From Podarcis gaigeae (Eukaryota): a stretch of DNA of 64,000 bases. Location of the stretch: NCBI GenBank assembly GCA_964106915.2, contig OZ066921.1, one strand, 5' to 3'. The notes under the pieces are model-generated. The model searched no databases. It was not told where the DNA came from and was given only the letters and a program-made list of their open reading frames with translations. The position numbers and the translations under genes were made by a program. Below are positions 63,301-64,000 of the stretch, piece by piece; within the stretch, counting starts at the first letter, position 1, and every line of letters begins with the position of its first letter.

Positions 63301-64000
63301 CCACAAGTCAATCACGCTCAATTAAATGCCATAGTTGAGGTATCAAATTTGGAGACAGCCTTCTATTATTTTCTAGAGGTGAGATCTAGGTTGCCAGGCT
63401 ACATGCCCAGCTTTGTCTGCAGGGATATCTTTTGCCAATTTAATGAAATGGCTGTGATTATGATCGGTTAATGCACCTAAAGTATAGAGTAAGATGAATT
63501 TTAATGATGTCTTGGCGTCTTTAAGAGACAAGGTATCCCTCTCCCCCTCATCTATACCCGAAACCACAGGTGGGAAACCCTCTTCAGTCTAAGAGCCACA
63601 TTCCCTTCTGGGCATCATTGTGGGAGTAAAATGCCACTGCTGGGCATTAGTCACACTGGTTGGCAGTGATGGCAACATCTGGAGGGCACCATGTCAGGGA
63701 ATATTGCAGTAAAGCAATCTGTGTGTATTTTGGTGTATATATAACTGGCAGTGGATTGGATCCAACAGTTCCCTTCTCAGAAGAGAACCTTTGGATCCAG
63801 CCCAAGAATGCTAACAAGAGAACCAAGTAAAGTTTTTGGCTGCATAAGGAATCTCCCATTCATAAACGCTAAATGCAAGTCATAACATTTGGACAGTTTC
63901 TAACAGCATTGGCTGAGATATAAATCATTATTGTCTAACTAACCAAAAGGGATGAAAACTACATTATAAATGGAAAAGGCACTTCAGTGATCCTGCCATG

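Overview
Vertebrate genomic DNA from a squamate reptile, most likely a lacertid lizard, judged from Sauria/Squam1-type and Squam3B-like SINEs. The only protein-coding gene I can support is the Iroquois homeobox gene IRX3 on the + strand: 4 coding exons, join(16779..17000,19145..20336,21581..21647,23007..23061), 511 aa, with a TALE homeodomain and IRO box. It lies in a CpG-rich, repeat-poor domain (~8.7-25 kb). The rest is gene desert: SINEs, CR1/L2 LINE ends and many hAT and Tc1/mariner-type MITEs (several nested, with readable target-site duplications), alternating with repeat-free, homeodomain-motif-rich blocks that look like conserved enhancers. Other notable items are a fossil hAT transposase (~38950-39905, - strand), a strong CTCF motif just 3' of the gene, a PBX/MEIS+TCF composite promoter site, a uORF and a ~140-nt hairpin. 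I found no convincing evidence of a wholly new biological system. Family names and homology calls come from my recall of consensus sequences, not from a database search; apart from the IRX3 exons and hAT fragments, the ORF track appears to be noise.
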